Source: Macrostomum hystrix (taxonomy: Eukaryota > Animalia > Platyhelminthes). Taken from it: a stretch of DNA of 64,000 nucleotides. Location of the stretch: assembly GCA_950097015.1 (NCBI GenBank), contig CATNEN010000038.1, positions 20,088,001-20,152,000 of the forward strand, in the 5' to 3' direction. The position numbers and the translations under genes were made by a program. The notes under the pieces were generated by a model that saw only the letters and a list, made by a program, of their open reading frames with translations, was not told the origin of the DNA and searched no databases. Positions 46,275 to 59,426 of the stretch are shown here, piece by piece (within the stretch, counting starts at the first letter, position 1; every line of letters begins with the position of its first letter).

Positions 46275-46799
46275 ATGACAGACGAGTTGCGACGGAAGCG
46301 CAAGAGCCAAGCATTGAGTCCGAGCCAGCTGCTGCAGCTGCCGCATCATTCTCATCGACACCGGCTGTCAGCATCACCTGGTGCCTGTAGTCGAGACGAC
46401 TCAGGCCTAGGATTCGAACTCCTGACCGAGCAAGTAGTCGCAGCTGGGAATGCCCAGGCAGCAGAGGCGCATAGACGTCCCTGCCGCGGCCTGGCCTTCA
46501 CAGTTGTCTTCGCCTATTCGCCGTCTCCTAGCAGCAACGGCGAGCTCGCCCTAACAGCCGAGGAGAAAGTCTTGGCCATCGACTGCGTCGAGCGTCGGCC
46601 AGACTGGCTGCTCGTCCGGCGACTTCGCGACGGCGCCGAGGGCTACGCGCCCGCCGCATTCCTGCTCTGCGACGCTGACGGCAGGCCGGCATTTCAGCGC
46701 TGCACGGAGTCCGGCTGCTGCCAGCGCCGACGTGCCCGGAGCCAGCTGCTAATGCAGAGCTGCGAACAGTCACAGTCGATTCGATGGACAGCTTTCTGA
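46275..46799 (+). CDS. Small SH3-domain protein (or exon of one)
   Basis: GC-rich ORF with VVFAYSP...GELALTAEEKVLAI...PDWLLVRRLRDGAEGYAPAAFL (SH3 signature); upstream exons unresolved. Confidence 0.7.
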   Translation: MTDELRRKRKSQALSPSQLLQLPHHSHRHRLSASPGACSRDDSGLGFELLTEQVVAAGNAQAAEAHRRPCRGLAFTVVFAYSPSPSSNGELALTAEEKVLAIDCVERRPDWLLVRRLRDGAEGYAPAAFLLCDADGRPAFQRCTESGCCQRRRARSQLLMQSCEQSQSIRWTAF

Positions 46800-47580
46800 C
46801 TTGCAGCGCCCGATTCAACAGACTCAAACGGTCCGGCTTCAATAGGGAAATCACTAAGCATTTTCTTCACTTTGATCTACATCTTTTCTAGGCTGAATTG
46901 TACGCTCATGCAGCACGAGAATTCATTTCTGACCGCCTTTTAACATTAGAAAGACAACAATTCAAGATCGATATTGCCTATATGATGCCTATATTGGTGG
47001 TCTTTGCCACCAGACGCTCTGACGAGAATCGTTGAATATCTCGACGATAGCGATGTTTTCTGATTCTCGAATTTGTATAATCGGATTTGATAGAGCCGAA
47101 TATTTTAGCCCGTGTTCTGCATTTTGATGGCAATCGGCTGAATGTTTTGGGAGATACTTAAATAACGAATAATGTTAATTGTAGCTATTAGTTTTGTCTG
47201 AAGACAATGCCGAACACTTCAAAGACAAAATTGGCTGCCAATTCAATTTTTTCAATCTCGAACATTCTTTCCCTAAGCAACTTTTGTATTTATAAATGGG
47301 AAAAGTTAACAAATGGATCAAGTAGATGAAAAATAGCTAGGATTGAAGTGAAAAAGAACTGACATATGCACAACTGCAACTAACTGAATTAGACAGCATC
47401 TATACTTGCCGTTGGACGTAAATAACGCGAACGCAGTTAGCTGGCTATGGCGGCGAATTTACAAATTGAATGCACAACTTTAGGGTACATTCACAGCATT
47501 AACTACAAGGTATGATAAAAACACAAAAGTTGAGCATAGCACTAATAGCTATTATAACCAGCAGTGTAAATTCTAGCTTT

Positions 47581-48598
47581 AGGATCTGCTCATGATCCAG
47601 TCCCATCCGCTAATTAGTGGGATCTGCTCAAGACCCAGTCCCATCCGCTAATTAGTGGGATCTGCTCAAGACCCAGTCCCATCCGCTAATTAGTGGGATC
47701 TGCTCATGATCCAGTCCCATCCGCTAATTAGTGGGATCTGCTCAAGACCCAGTCCCATCCGCTAATTAGTGGGATCTGCTCAAGACCCAGTCCCATCCGC
47801 TAATTAGTGGGATCTGCTCATGATCCAGTCCCATCCACTAATTAATGGGATCTGCTCATGATCCAGTCCCATCCACTAATTAATGGGATCTGCTCATGAT
47901 CCAGTCCCATCCACTAATTAATGGGATCTGCTCATGATCCAGTCCCATCCGCTAATTAGTGGGATCTGCTCATGATCCAGTCCCATCCACTAATTAATGG
48001 GATCTGCTCATGATCCAGTCCCATCCGCTAATTAGTGGGATCTGCTCAAGACCCAGTCCCATCCACTAATTAGTGGGATCTGCTCATGATCCAGTCCCAT
48101 CCGCTAATTAGTGGGATCTGCTCAAGACCCAGTCCCATCCACTAATTAATGGGATCTGCTCATGATCCAGTCCCATCCGCTAATTAGTGGGATCTGCTCA
48201 TGATCCAGTCCCATCCACTAATTAGTGGGATCTGCTCAAGATCTAGTCCCATCCGCTAATTAGTGGGATCTGCTCAAGACCCAGTCCCATCCGCTAATTA
48301 GTGGGATCTGCTCAAGACCCAGTCCCATCCGCTAATTAGTGGGATCTGCTCAAGATCCAGTCCCATCCACTAATTAGTGGGATCTGCTCAAGATCCAGTC
48401 CCATCCGCTAATTAGTGGGATCTGCTCAAGACCCAGTCCCATCCACTAATTAGTGGGATCTGCTCAAGACCCAGTCCCATCCACTAATTAGTGGGATCTG
48501 CTCAAGATCCAGTCCCATCCGCTAATTAGTGGGATCTGCTCAAGATCCAGTCCCATCCGCTAATTAGTGGGATCTGCTCAAGACCCAGTCCCATCCAG
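47581..48598. repeat. 38-bp minisatellite between the convergent SH3 and SCAF genes
   Basis: Unit GGGATCTGCTCAAGACCCAGTCCCATCCGCTAATTAGT, about 27 copies. Confidence 0.97.
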
Positions 48599-48961
48599 TT
48601 AGAGAGATCAGCTGGCTCATCTAAAACAGAATCAAGGTTATAAAATTAAACAAAGTATGCACAAGTAATAAAGCCTAAATAAAAAATTAGTTATTAAGAT
48701 AAGAATGCCCCAGACAATGGCAGGTCAACATTTAACGGGTTGTTTAAATAAAATGTAATGCAAGCTACACACATAACGGAAGGTGTTAAACTGGTAAGTT
48801 TTAAGACGTGTTTTGCGCTTTCAAAAAATTAATATGGGTCTTACACAGTGAATCTTAGTGACAATGTCATCATCCTTAACATGAACACAATGGAACACAT
48901 ATAATAGTTTCTAATGCACTGTCCTACCAATGAATGGATCCATAACTAAGTCGGCGAGGAT

Positions 48962-49425
48962 TCATAGGCCGCGTCCGACACCCGGTCGCCAGGCGCCGAT
49001 GCTGCCAATGCCACCGCGTGGACCAAAAAACGGCGGCTGGGGCAGGATCCCGCTGCCGATGTTGCCGCCGCGACCGCCGCCGCCGCGGAAGAAGCCAAGC
49101 GGAGGCGGACGCTGAGGAGGCACGGGTGTTCTGACGTACTGCTGCTGCTGCGGCATCGGCATTGGTAACAGGGTTGTGCGCGGCGGCGCAGGCGGTGGCG
49201 GTGGCTGCGGCTGCTTAAAAGAATTAGAATTATCTGTCGCCGAGCTAGACAAAGAAGCCGAAGCCTTTGGTGGCGATGTCAGCGCGGAGCTGGGTGCAGT
49301 TGAGACAGCGGCGGCGGCGGGAGACATTGACATTGGTAGAGGCGGCGGCGGTATGAACGCCGAGAAGTGCGGCATTGGCATAGGCGGCGGCGGCCTCATC
49401 AGCATTGAATGCGTCAAGGTTGGAT

Positions 49426-49459
<34 letters not shown>

Positions 49460-52400
49460 AATCGCTGCAACAGACTCGCCAGCTGAAGCAGGCAAAGCCG
49501 GCTCCTTGTGGGGTCGATAAGCCTGGCCGGAGTCCGGCTCGGCGGTGGCTTCCGCTCGACTACTTGGAGTGGGCGAACGGACCAGATCCACCAGCTCAAT
49601 GGGCACGCTGTCCTGATCCACGAATGCTCCACCTGCCGGGTTTTGGACAGGGAAGGACTTGATTAACAATCAAGAGATACAACTAATAACTGACCGACTA
49701 CTGATAACAGTGACTGTTGATTTTGACAACCCACTGATAACAGACTGTTGATATTGACAACTCACTGACAACAGAGACTGCTGATATTGACAACCCACTG
49801 ATAACAGAGACTGTTGATATTGACAACTCACTGATAACAGAGACTGTTGATATTGACAACCCACCGACAACAGAGACTGTTGATATTGACAACCCACTGA
49901 TAACAGTGACTGTTGATATTGACAACCCACTGATAACAGTGACTGTTGATATTGACAACTCACTGACAACAGAGACTGCTGATATTGACAACCCACTGAT
50001 AACAGAGACTGTTGATATTGACAACTCACTGACAACAGAGACTGCTGATATTGACAACCCACTGATAACAGAGACTGTTGATATTGACAACTCACTGATA
50101 ACAGAGACTGTTGATATTGACAACCCACCGACAACAGAGACTGTTGATATTGACAACCCACTGATAACAGTGACTGTTGATATTGACAACCCACTGATAA
50201 CAGTGACTGTTGATATTGACAACTCACTGACAACAGAGACTGCTGATATTGACAACCCACTGATAACAGAGACTGTTGATATTGACAACCCACTTATAAC
50301 AGAGACTGCTGATATTGACAACCCACTGATAACAGTGACTGTTGATATTGACAACCCACTGACAACAGAGACTGTTGATATTGACAACCCACTGATAACA
50401 GTGACTGTTGATATTGACAACCCACTGACAACAGAGACTGTTGATATTGACAACCCACTGATAACAGTGACTGTTGATATTGACAACTCACTGACAACAG
50501 AGACTGCTGATATTGACAACCCACTGATAACAGAGACTGTTGATATTGACAACCCACTGATAACAGTGAATGCTGATATTGACAACCCACTGATAACAGT
50601 GACTGTTGATTTTGACAACCCACTGACAACAGAGACTGTTGATATTGACAACCCACTGATAACAGTGACTGTTGATATTGACAACCCACTGATAACAGTG
50701 AATGCTGATATTGACAACCCACTGATAACAGTGACTGTTGATTTTGACAACCCACTGACAACAGAGACTGTTGATATTGACAGAAAGCTCACCCAGCAAC
50801 AAATCGCGCCAAGAGCTGTCTCTAGGAAACAGGTCATATGGTATATAGGTGCAGCCCTCCTCTTCGTCCCAGTATTCTTTCATCTCAGTGTCTTTAATGC
50901 CTTTATTAGGCGCCCAGGCCACGCGTAGTGAAGCGCCGTCTAGTTTAGTGCTGCGCAATCTGTCGATGGCTTTGGCGGCATGCTTTCTCTTTGAATAGAC
51001 GACGAAGCAGCAGCCGCGAGAGGCGATGAGTACCATTCCCTGAACCTGGCCATATTCATCCAACAATGAGCGCAGTTTAGCCTCAGTTGTAGACTTTTGC
51101 AATTTGCCAATGAAAATAGTCGCGCTAACAATCGATAGGCGGCCATCCCGCAGTCGGGGCAGAGCTTTGCGCTTGCGCTCTTTCCGTCGCCGTTCGGAGC
51201 TCTCGCCGCGACCGCCGCCGCTGTGACTTCGCCGACGACGCCTAGAAGATGACGACGAAGACGGCGGCTGCTGCTGCTGCTGTTGCTGCGAAGCGGGCGG
51301 GGATCGTGGGCGTCGATGACTACCCCGGCTTTGGCTGACACTTTCGCGTTTAATACGACCGCCATGATAATCTGGCGCATTTCCACCGTCAAATTCTTCG
51401 TGCTTGAGTTCGCTATTGTTATTATTATAACTACTATTAGTATTATTAATGTTATTCGTTCTGCTGCCAGCGTGACGGCCCTTAGTCTCATCGTCGATTT
51501 CGCCTTCTTCGTAAGAAACGCTTAGCCGCTGCGGCTGCTGGAAGTGACGCTGCTGATAGTATTGCTCATCCTGCAGCTGCTGCTGCTGATGATGCTCATG
51601 CACCACTTCTTCTTCTTCAAGCTGTTGACGCATCCTAGCCGACTGCAACTGCTCCTGCAGCACCCGAGTCTGCGCCAGAGTCTCAGTCATCTGCTGCAGC
51701 TGGTCCAGGAAGTTCTGATCTACGCTGCTGCCGCCGCCAGCGGACCCCCGGGCTGCGGCTGCTCGCCTATTCAAACCGTTTCTATCGCCGCCGAGGTTTT
51801 CATCCTCATCCGAATCGTCGCCGTAGTCGTAGGCGACAACATCCTTAGCCCGCTGGGCCTCCTGTTCGCGCTCTACAGCGGCCCTGGCCGTCTTAGTCAG
51901 CTCCTCCATCAGAGCCTGGAGCTGGGCTAGAATCTCAGGATCAATCATCTGCTGCTGGCTGAGCAAGCTGCTCTGCTGAAGAATTTTGTCTTGAAGGCTC
52001 TGCGGTAAGAAAAGTATATATATATATGGCATTAGCAAGACGTATTGTCTTAAAAGGGCTGCCAAACCCGCCTAAATTTCAACGCCAGACAAAGTATGTA
52101 AATCAATAAATCCTTAAAGTTCCATGCTTAGGGGTGAGTGGCAGAGCAGTTTACACGTTAGCCCTTCGCACCAAGATACGTGAGCTAGATTTCACAGCGA
52201 GCCCACGTTTATTCAGCTTATGAGTCAGCGGAATGGACAGAATCGCCTCTTTGCTGGCTAAGGGTCTTGTAAATACTGCAATACCAAATGATGTGCAATT
52301 GCCACAGCCTTCCAGCAATTATAAATCTACCACTCACTACCGACAATCTGTCAAAGTAGTACTAACAACATTTTTTAAAAAGAAAAATATAGCTATAAGA

Positions 52401-55400
52401 TACGAGGAAGTATTTCTCACCTGCAGCTGATTGATCTGATCTCGTACATCGTCTGTATCCTGGAATTTCTGCAACAGCTCGGCCACTGAGCTGATAATAC
52501 CGCCACCCTGCGGCGCCACGCTGCCGCCCGTTGCACCGGTTGACAATGCCGCTGTCGAGGCTGCGGTAGCGGCTGCTGCATCGGCCACGCTATCAAAGTT
52601 GTAGTTTTCGTCATCGACTGGCATATTATCTAAGGCAAGGCTGGGATCGTGATCATCGGCGAAATCGGCTTGGCCGCTATGCTGACGCTGCCGATGATGA
52701 TGATGATGGTGGTGCGGTCGCTTTTGACGATGCGTTGTGCCGCCGCTAGAACCAGTCAGATTATTGACAGCTATAGAGATCTGGGCTTGGGCTAGAGCCA
52801 GAAGATTTGCATCTTCCGGATTGTCGGCGAGGGTTAGTAGCGACTGCGAAGGATCAACAAATACGATGCGACTTTGGCTTGCAGGCTTGAGGTCAGTGAG
52901 AAAGTCTTTCAGTATTTCGTGAAGTTAACAACCTAATACCCCAGTGTCTCTTCAGGTTAATCCCCTAATACCTCATTGTCTTCAGGTTAATGCTCTAATA
53001 CCTCAGTGTCTCTTCGGGTTAATTCTCTAATACCTCAGTGTCTTTTTCAGGTAATCCCCTAATACCTCAGTGTCTTCAGGTTAATTCTCTAATACCTCAG
53101 TATCTCTTCGGGTTATTTCTCTAATACCTCAGTGTCTCTTCGGGTTAATTCTCTAATACCTCAGTGTCTTTTCAGGTAATCCACTAATACCTCAGTGTCT
53201 TTTCAGGTTAATTCTCTAATACCTCAGTGTCTTTTCAGGTAATCCACTAATAACTCAGTGTCTTTTTAGGTTAATCCCCTAATACCTCAGTGTCTTCAGG
53301 TTAATCCCCTAATACCTCAGTGTCTCTTCAGGTTAATCCCCTAATACCTCAGTGTCTTCAGGTTAATCCTCTAATACCTCAGTGTCTTCAGGTTAATTCT
53401 CTAATACCTCAGTGTCTCTTCAGGTTAGTTATCTAATACCCCAGTGACTCTTCAGGCTAATTATCTAATACCTCAGTGTCTTTTTAGGTTAATCCCCTAA
53501 TACCTCAGTGTCTTCAGGTTAATCCTCTAATACCTCAGTGTCTCTTCAGGTTAATTCTCTAATACCTCAGTGTCTCTTCAGGTTAATCCCCTAATACCTC
53601 AGTGTCTTCAGGTTAATCCTCTAATACCTCAGTGTCTCTTCAGGTTAAATTCTCTAATACCTCAGTGTCTTCAGGTTAATCCTCTAATACCTCAGTGTCT
53701 CTTCAGGTTAATCCCCTAATACCTCAGTGTCTCTTCAGGTTAATCCCCTTATACCTCATTGTCTTTTCATGTTAATTCTCTAATACCTCAGTGTCTCTTC
53801 AGGTTAATCCACTAATACCTCAGTGTCTTCAGGTTAATTCTCTAATACCCCAGTGACTCTTCAGGCTAATTCTCTAATACCCCAGTGTCTCTTCAGGCTA
53901 ATTCTCTAATACCTCAGTGTCTCTTCAGGTTAATTCTCTAATACCCCAGTGACTCTTCAGGCTAATTCTCTAATACCTCAGTGTCTCTTCAGGTTAATTC
54001 TCTAATACCCCAGTGACTCTTCAGGCTAATTCTCTAATACCCCAGTGACTCTTCAGGCTAATTCTCTAATACCCCAGTGTCTCTTCAGGTTAATTCTCTA
54101 ATACCCCAGTGTCTCTTCAGGTTAATTCTCTAATACCCCAGTGACTCTTCAGGCGAATTCTCTAATACCCCAGTGACTCTTCAGGCTAATTCTCTAATAC
54201 CCCAGTGACTCTTCAGGTTAATTCTCTAATACCCCAGTGTCTCTTCAGGTTAATTCTCTAATACCCCAGTGTCTCTTCAGGTTAATTCTCTAATACCCCA
54301 GTGACTCTTCAGGCTAATTCTCTAATACCCCAGTGACTCTTCAGGCTAATTCTCTAATACCCCAGTGTCTCTTCAGGTTAATTCTCTAATACCCCAGTGT
54401 CTCTTCAGGTTAATTCTCTAATACCCCAGTGACTCTTCAGGCGAATTCTCTAATACCCCAGTGACTCTTCAGGCGAATTCTCTAATACCCCAGTGACTCT
54501 TCAGGCGAATTCTCTAATACCCCAGTGACTCTTCAGGCTAATTCTCTAATACCCCAGTGACTCTTCAGGCGAATTCTCTAATACCCCAGTGTCTCTTCAG
54601 GCGAATTCTCTAATACCCCAGTGTCTCTTCAGGCGAATTCTCTAATACCCCAGTGACTCTTCAGGCGAATTCTCTAATACCCCAGTGACTCTTCAGGCGA
54701 ATTCTCTAATACCCCAGTGTCTCTTCAGGCTAATCGCTTAGTACTTCAGTGCCATCAGGCCTATATTTTAAAGCATTATTACCTGAATAACTTCAGGAGT
54801 GAATGTGTCATTCTTTAGCCAGAGATTCAGCACCCGAATAACCAGATGTCGATCCTTGTCATCGCAGCGAAACAGCTGTTGAAAGGTTGGCAGCAGGTTT
54901 TTTAGAAAACGCGGCGCAAACACGTCCCTTTCGGCGCCATACTGATGCCTGCTCTGCCTGATGATGGCATCCATTACGTATAGACCAGGAACCTTGTAAT
55001 CTGGCGAACACTTCTGAATAAACTTTTCAACACTCTGCACTATGTGCTTGTAGAATTTAATTCCTCGAATAGCCGATTTAGTTATCATCGACATCTTCTG
55101 GCGAGACACTGGCGGCCGGTGATCCAGCAGGCCTTTCATCTGTTTGGCAGTGAATAGTAAAACGCTGTATTGGTGTTTCATTCAATATTAATTTAGTGGA
55201 ACTAACATCAAGTTGAGGCATCTTCTTATAATGATACTACCAAAGTAATGTTGAGAACTAGATCAAATGCAATTAACTTTTTAATAGCAATACCCATAAG
55301 CAGTTATTTAGAAAACATATGACGATAATACAAAATATTTTTGCATTATTTTGAATTATAACTTTGCATAGCATATAACTTTGTTGGATTGTTGCTTCAA

Positions 55401-57683
55401 TATTTAGCTGTTTTAAGTGTTTAAAACATAATGATTTGTCTCTTTTAAAAAATACATTACTCTAAATCAAAAGAAATATTTTTTTGATATAGCTTCTTGT
55501 TAATTGTGAAGCCAATATTTATTATTTAAAAGCTGCAATTAAAATATTAAAATATATATACACATATACAACAATATGTTTGAGAACAAGCATTTTATAA
55601 TGGGGCCTAAATTTTACATTAACAAAACTAGCTACTGTTTTAATGAATTAAACATAATTAATCTGGAAATGTATACAAGTAACTATATTCCTCATAACAT
55701 AATATTGCAGATATATGGAAAAACTTTAAGCTTAACTATGCAAGCAATACTATAGATACAAGTACAAAAAGGTAGAGTATTTGTACAGCTGAGTGCAGTA
55801 TTTTACTGGTTGGCTTATTCAGATCAGTCACCACTAACATCTACTGCAGAGTCCTAAACTAGGTGCATATTAAAAAAATTAAATTTCATTACTACTAAAA
55901 TTTATTACCCAACATTCAATAGGACAAGCATTGCTTTACAACTTCTTTTAAAATACATAAAATTCAATTTCCTAACTTACTCTGAAGTTGAAAGTTAAAC
56001 ATTAAGTTCCGAATTTCAGAAATAGAAAAAACTAGGATTGACAAATGCTAGGATTTAAGCTAAAATTGTACATCCTAAAGTCTATTTTTTTCTCTAATAT
56101 TGTTCACAACAAGTACCCTTGTTGAAAGTAGTAAACAGTGCCACTAACTAGTTATAGCAAAATAATTTTCTTGTCCAACAATCAAATACCACAATTGTCC
56201 TTAGGTTGTCACTTGACCTATTATTATATTTTTAGACTAAAAAAATAAAGTCTTCAGAAAAGAAGAAATTATAGAACAATTCAAGCTATTGGACTGCAAA
56301 TAAGCATGGCAGCTATAGTAGGGCTTTCTTTCTAAAGTACAATACATATATTATAAATATTAAAGACAAATCTGGTATAAAATTTCACTTCATTCAAAAA
56401 ACTAAAAAAGAAAATAGATTGTTGCCAAAATGGTTGTCCCTAGGGGTTGCACAAGATCCCAATTGGGATACCGAAAACTCTGGATCCCAATAAATTTTGG
56501 GATCCAAATCCTAACTCTTAGAGTTGGGCTCCCAACTCCCAACTCTGGATCTAGATCCTAGCTCATCTCATGCCTCTAATACATCAATAGCTTAGTAACA
56601 GCCTGAAAAAATTGATGCAGGCTGAGCCAATGCATAACTTAGGTTTTAACATCTGTTATTATTCATTTCACTTTATTCATTAAAGTAATCCATCTAATTT
56701 TTTGTTTTTTTAAAATACTTTATACTTGAAAAATCACATATTTAACTCATCTATATTTTGTAAAATAACAAGATACAAAAGGACATTCTTTGACTCCAAC
56801 ACTCCACTTAGCTTAAGCATAGGCTCTTTCTATCCTGAATCCCACCTGATCCTACCTAGAAATAAATTAAGATCTCAATCCCAACCAATCACATTAACCT
56901 TGATCCTATCCAACTACTAGTTGTTACTAAAGTGAGTTGTTGCAAAAATAGATGTTGCCAAAGTGGTTCATTGCAAAAGTATACTGTAGTCTGGTACCAT
57001 ATGGACTGCAATTGTAATGTTAGCGGTAAAACTTCTAACTTTACCCCATAGTAATGTCACACATTACCCTGGCCGTGAAGTTAGCCGTTTTTACTACACT
57101 GTTTAAATGACCTCATTTCAGCCTTGGACTATGCGGAATTTACCCCACTGTTTTAAATAACCTCATTGCAACAAGACTATTTACCCCGACTTTATATTTG
57201 AAGCTAAAATATATCTATCACTGTTAAACCAGACACTCTTACGCATAGTCCGAGCCTGAAATGAGGTTATTTAAACAGTGCGGTAAATTCCACATAGTCC
57301 ACGGCATAATGAGGTTTGTTGAACAGTGCAGTTTTTTAACATGTTATAAACAGTGTGGTAAAATGTCGCTAACATGCAATTGTATGGCTATAGCCTAGGT
57401 TACAAAACTATCCACACAGGCAGTGCTTATCCCCATGGTATGGGCTACAGGGATATAATCATCTGCATAAAAAATACATAATGATTTTTATAGACCATAG
57501 GGCCTAGTTGTTTATCTCAATTAGTGCATTCTTCAGAAATGAAAGAAAACACTGTCCAGCTATGTGATACTCTAGACAGATATGTGATTAAAAAATGATA
57601 TTAAAACAAAAGCCAAGGATAGCTTTTAGCTGGCTAAAAAATCTTGCACTTACCTCCTTGTTAAAGTTCTGGACAACTTCCAT
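48962..57683 (-). CDS. SCAF8: SR-related CTD-associated factor 4/8-like (CID + RS-like region + RRM + Pro-rich tail), 895 aa as spliced
   Basis: Exons 57654-57683, 54783-55139, 52421-52843, 50793-51999, 48962-49632, GT-AG and phase-consistent. Motifs MEVVQNFNKE, PPVSRQKM, KFYKHIVQSVEKFIQKC, YKVPGLYVMDAIIRQSRHQ, DVFAPRF, YDYGDD, RRM IFIGKL/RGCCFV, AWAPNKGIK, YWDEEEGCTYIP. SCAF4 vs SCAF8 cannot be separated (pro-ortholog). Confidence 0.93.
49700..50782. repeat. 33-bp minisatellite filling SCAF intron 49633-50792
   Basis: Unit GACTGTTGATATTGACAACCCACTGATAACAGT. Confidence 0.97.
52932..54735. repeat. 30-32-bp minisatellite filling SCAF intron 52844-54782
   Basis: Unit CTAATACCTCAGTGTCTCTTCAGGTTAATTCT with graded variants. 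Confidence 0.97.
57017..57375. mobile_element. MITE with 9-bp TSD (Mutator-like)
   Basis: Ends ATGTTAGCG / CGCTAACAT; GCAATTGTA at 57008-57016 and 57376-57384; internal inverted CACTGTTTAAATGACCTCATTTCAG modules. Confidence 0.8.
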
Positions 57684-59187
57684 GGTTGACCAGGTTTTTA
57701 ATCAATTACTATCTACACTATAGACTTACAGCCCTCGAAAATTCCCTTGATGGCTCAACACAGAATCAGCTTTAAGTATAAGATTTGAGTTTACCTAGGA
57801 CTAATGGGACAAGGCTAGCTAATGCAACGCTTTATTATTTACAACCTGAATATTTTAAAAAAAGAAAAAATTATCTATATTAATAATGATATCTATATAG
57901 TACTTGTACTGCTCAATATCAAATGGCACAAAGTAGCTGGTAAAAACAACTCAATGAAACAACATTATACCACCAGTACTACGTACGTACGATGAGTTTA
58001 TTTTTTTGAAAGGTCTTTTGCTCAGTGCTTTTCTGGGAAATAGCACAACCAGAAAAACAAGTGTGCTCGTAAAATATATTACTCCTTAAGATACTGTAGG
58101 TTTTCAATAGGCTGCCTAAATAAAATATTACTGTTTTTTGTTTTTTTAGAGCTTTTGGACATGACAGATATCCACTTTTAAATATACGAGTAACTTGACT
58201 ACATACCCACATACTTTACCTGCAGCAGAATGCTGAACACCTAAAGGCCAGGACAATAATTAAACGAGGGGTATCCAAAAAACTTGCCTGTTAAAATTAA
58301 CTAATCATAATACTTAACTGGAAATAACAAAGGATGAACAGCGACACAATCTACTAATTTTAGTGTGTCGCTGAAATAAAAAAACTGCATAAATGAAAGA
58401 AAAGTTAGGGCAAAAAAGTAACAGGACCCATGTCATAGTTTTAGACATAAAGCGAAGCTGCTACTCAGCATCACTCGTAGGTGCCATCCTCTACTCAACA
58501 ACGTCCTCTCGTCTCCACGAAACTGAGCACACTTGTCCCATCGAAGGGGAGCTGATCGATATAAGTCAAAGTCGCATCAGTGCAATATGTAGAGTTAGTG
58601 CTGCTTAATCTCTTATACCAAAATGTGGTGTATAGCCTTCGTGGTGCAGTCTTGATTCTCGTTAACACGACCTCGCAGGAGCATTAAGCGTTGAAAAACA
58701 GCATTATATTCCTTTGCTGATGTTCTCGTCGCAGTCTGGTTAGGGTCTGCGACCACAAAACGTCTCAGCAAATTCTATCACAGTTAAAATCACTGTCTAT
58801 TAGCTGTGTTGGCTCCAACAAGATAAGACGATTGTCAATTATAAAGGGTCCATGCAGGACAATCCAAGAAGACCAAAGCCGTGATCATGATCTGATCATG
58901 TGGCTGCTATATATACTGTGCTTTAATTTTCTGGTGGATCAGATCCCAATTCTAGGCCATCAAGTGCGACTCGATGAGAGGAGCGAAGTAGACCGGGATC
59001 CATGTCTCGTCACCTGTGACGATTTACCCCATAAAGTTACTCCTAGCCGAGCTGATTGATCCGATTTTGGCAGATCTCCATGCGCTGTACTATAATTCAT
59101 GTCCTCAGATAGAAGGCGTGGGACCCAATGAGCACTACCAGGGGGCGCCACTACCAGGGGGTGCTACTTCCAAGGGGGCGCCATTAC

Positions 59188-59426
59188 TGTAATAAAGTCA
59201 GCATGGCTTGCAGAGAGAGAAGTTCTTCAGAGCAGGCCAAGCCTATAGCTCTCTAAATAAATATAAGTTTATTTCTCAGCCTGACCAGGCTGACCAATCA
59301 GCCGCTACCTCTGGGCGTGCACGCGCTCCAGAGTACGCACATGCGCGAGTACATTGCGAGAGAGAGAGAGAAAAATAACACCCTCAATCCCCTACTCTGC
59401 ACTGATAGCGAAACGCAGTCACCACA
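59188..59426. mobile_element. Solo LTR (239 bp) inserted into a GC-rich ~16-bp minisatellite (59130-59555)
   Basis: TGT...ACA ends with a perfect 5-bp TSD ATTAC (59183-59187, 59427-59431); CCACTACCAGGGGGCG repeats on both sides. Confidence 0.8.

Noticed and set aside
47018-47075. CTGACGA followed by an inverted repeat (hammerhead-like)
   Set aside because: The stem is not followed by GAAA and stems I and III cannot be built; CTGAAGAG in the 52.9-54.7-kb array fails the same way.
42940-48598. CRISPR-like appearance of the 38-43-bp partly palindromic repeats
   Set aside because: Units are head-to-tail with no unique spacers, no cas genes, eukaryotic context.
633-50928. Repetitive ORFs ([49 protein letters not shown] and others)
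   Set aside because: All coincide with intronic or intergenic tandem arrays bounded by valid splice sites; no evidence of coding.
56440-56580. TAGGGG...CCTCTA-bounded GGATCC-rich segment, possible hAT MITE
   Set aside because: TIR match too weak and no TSD identified.
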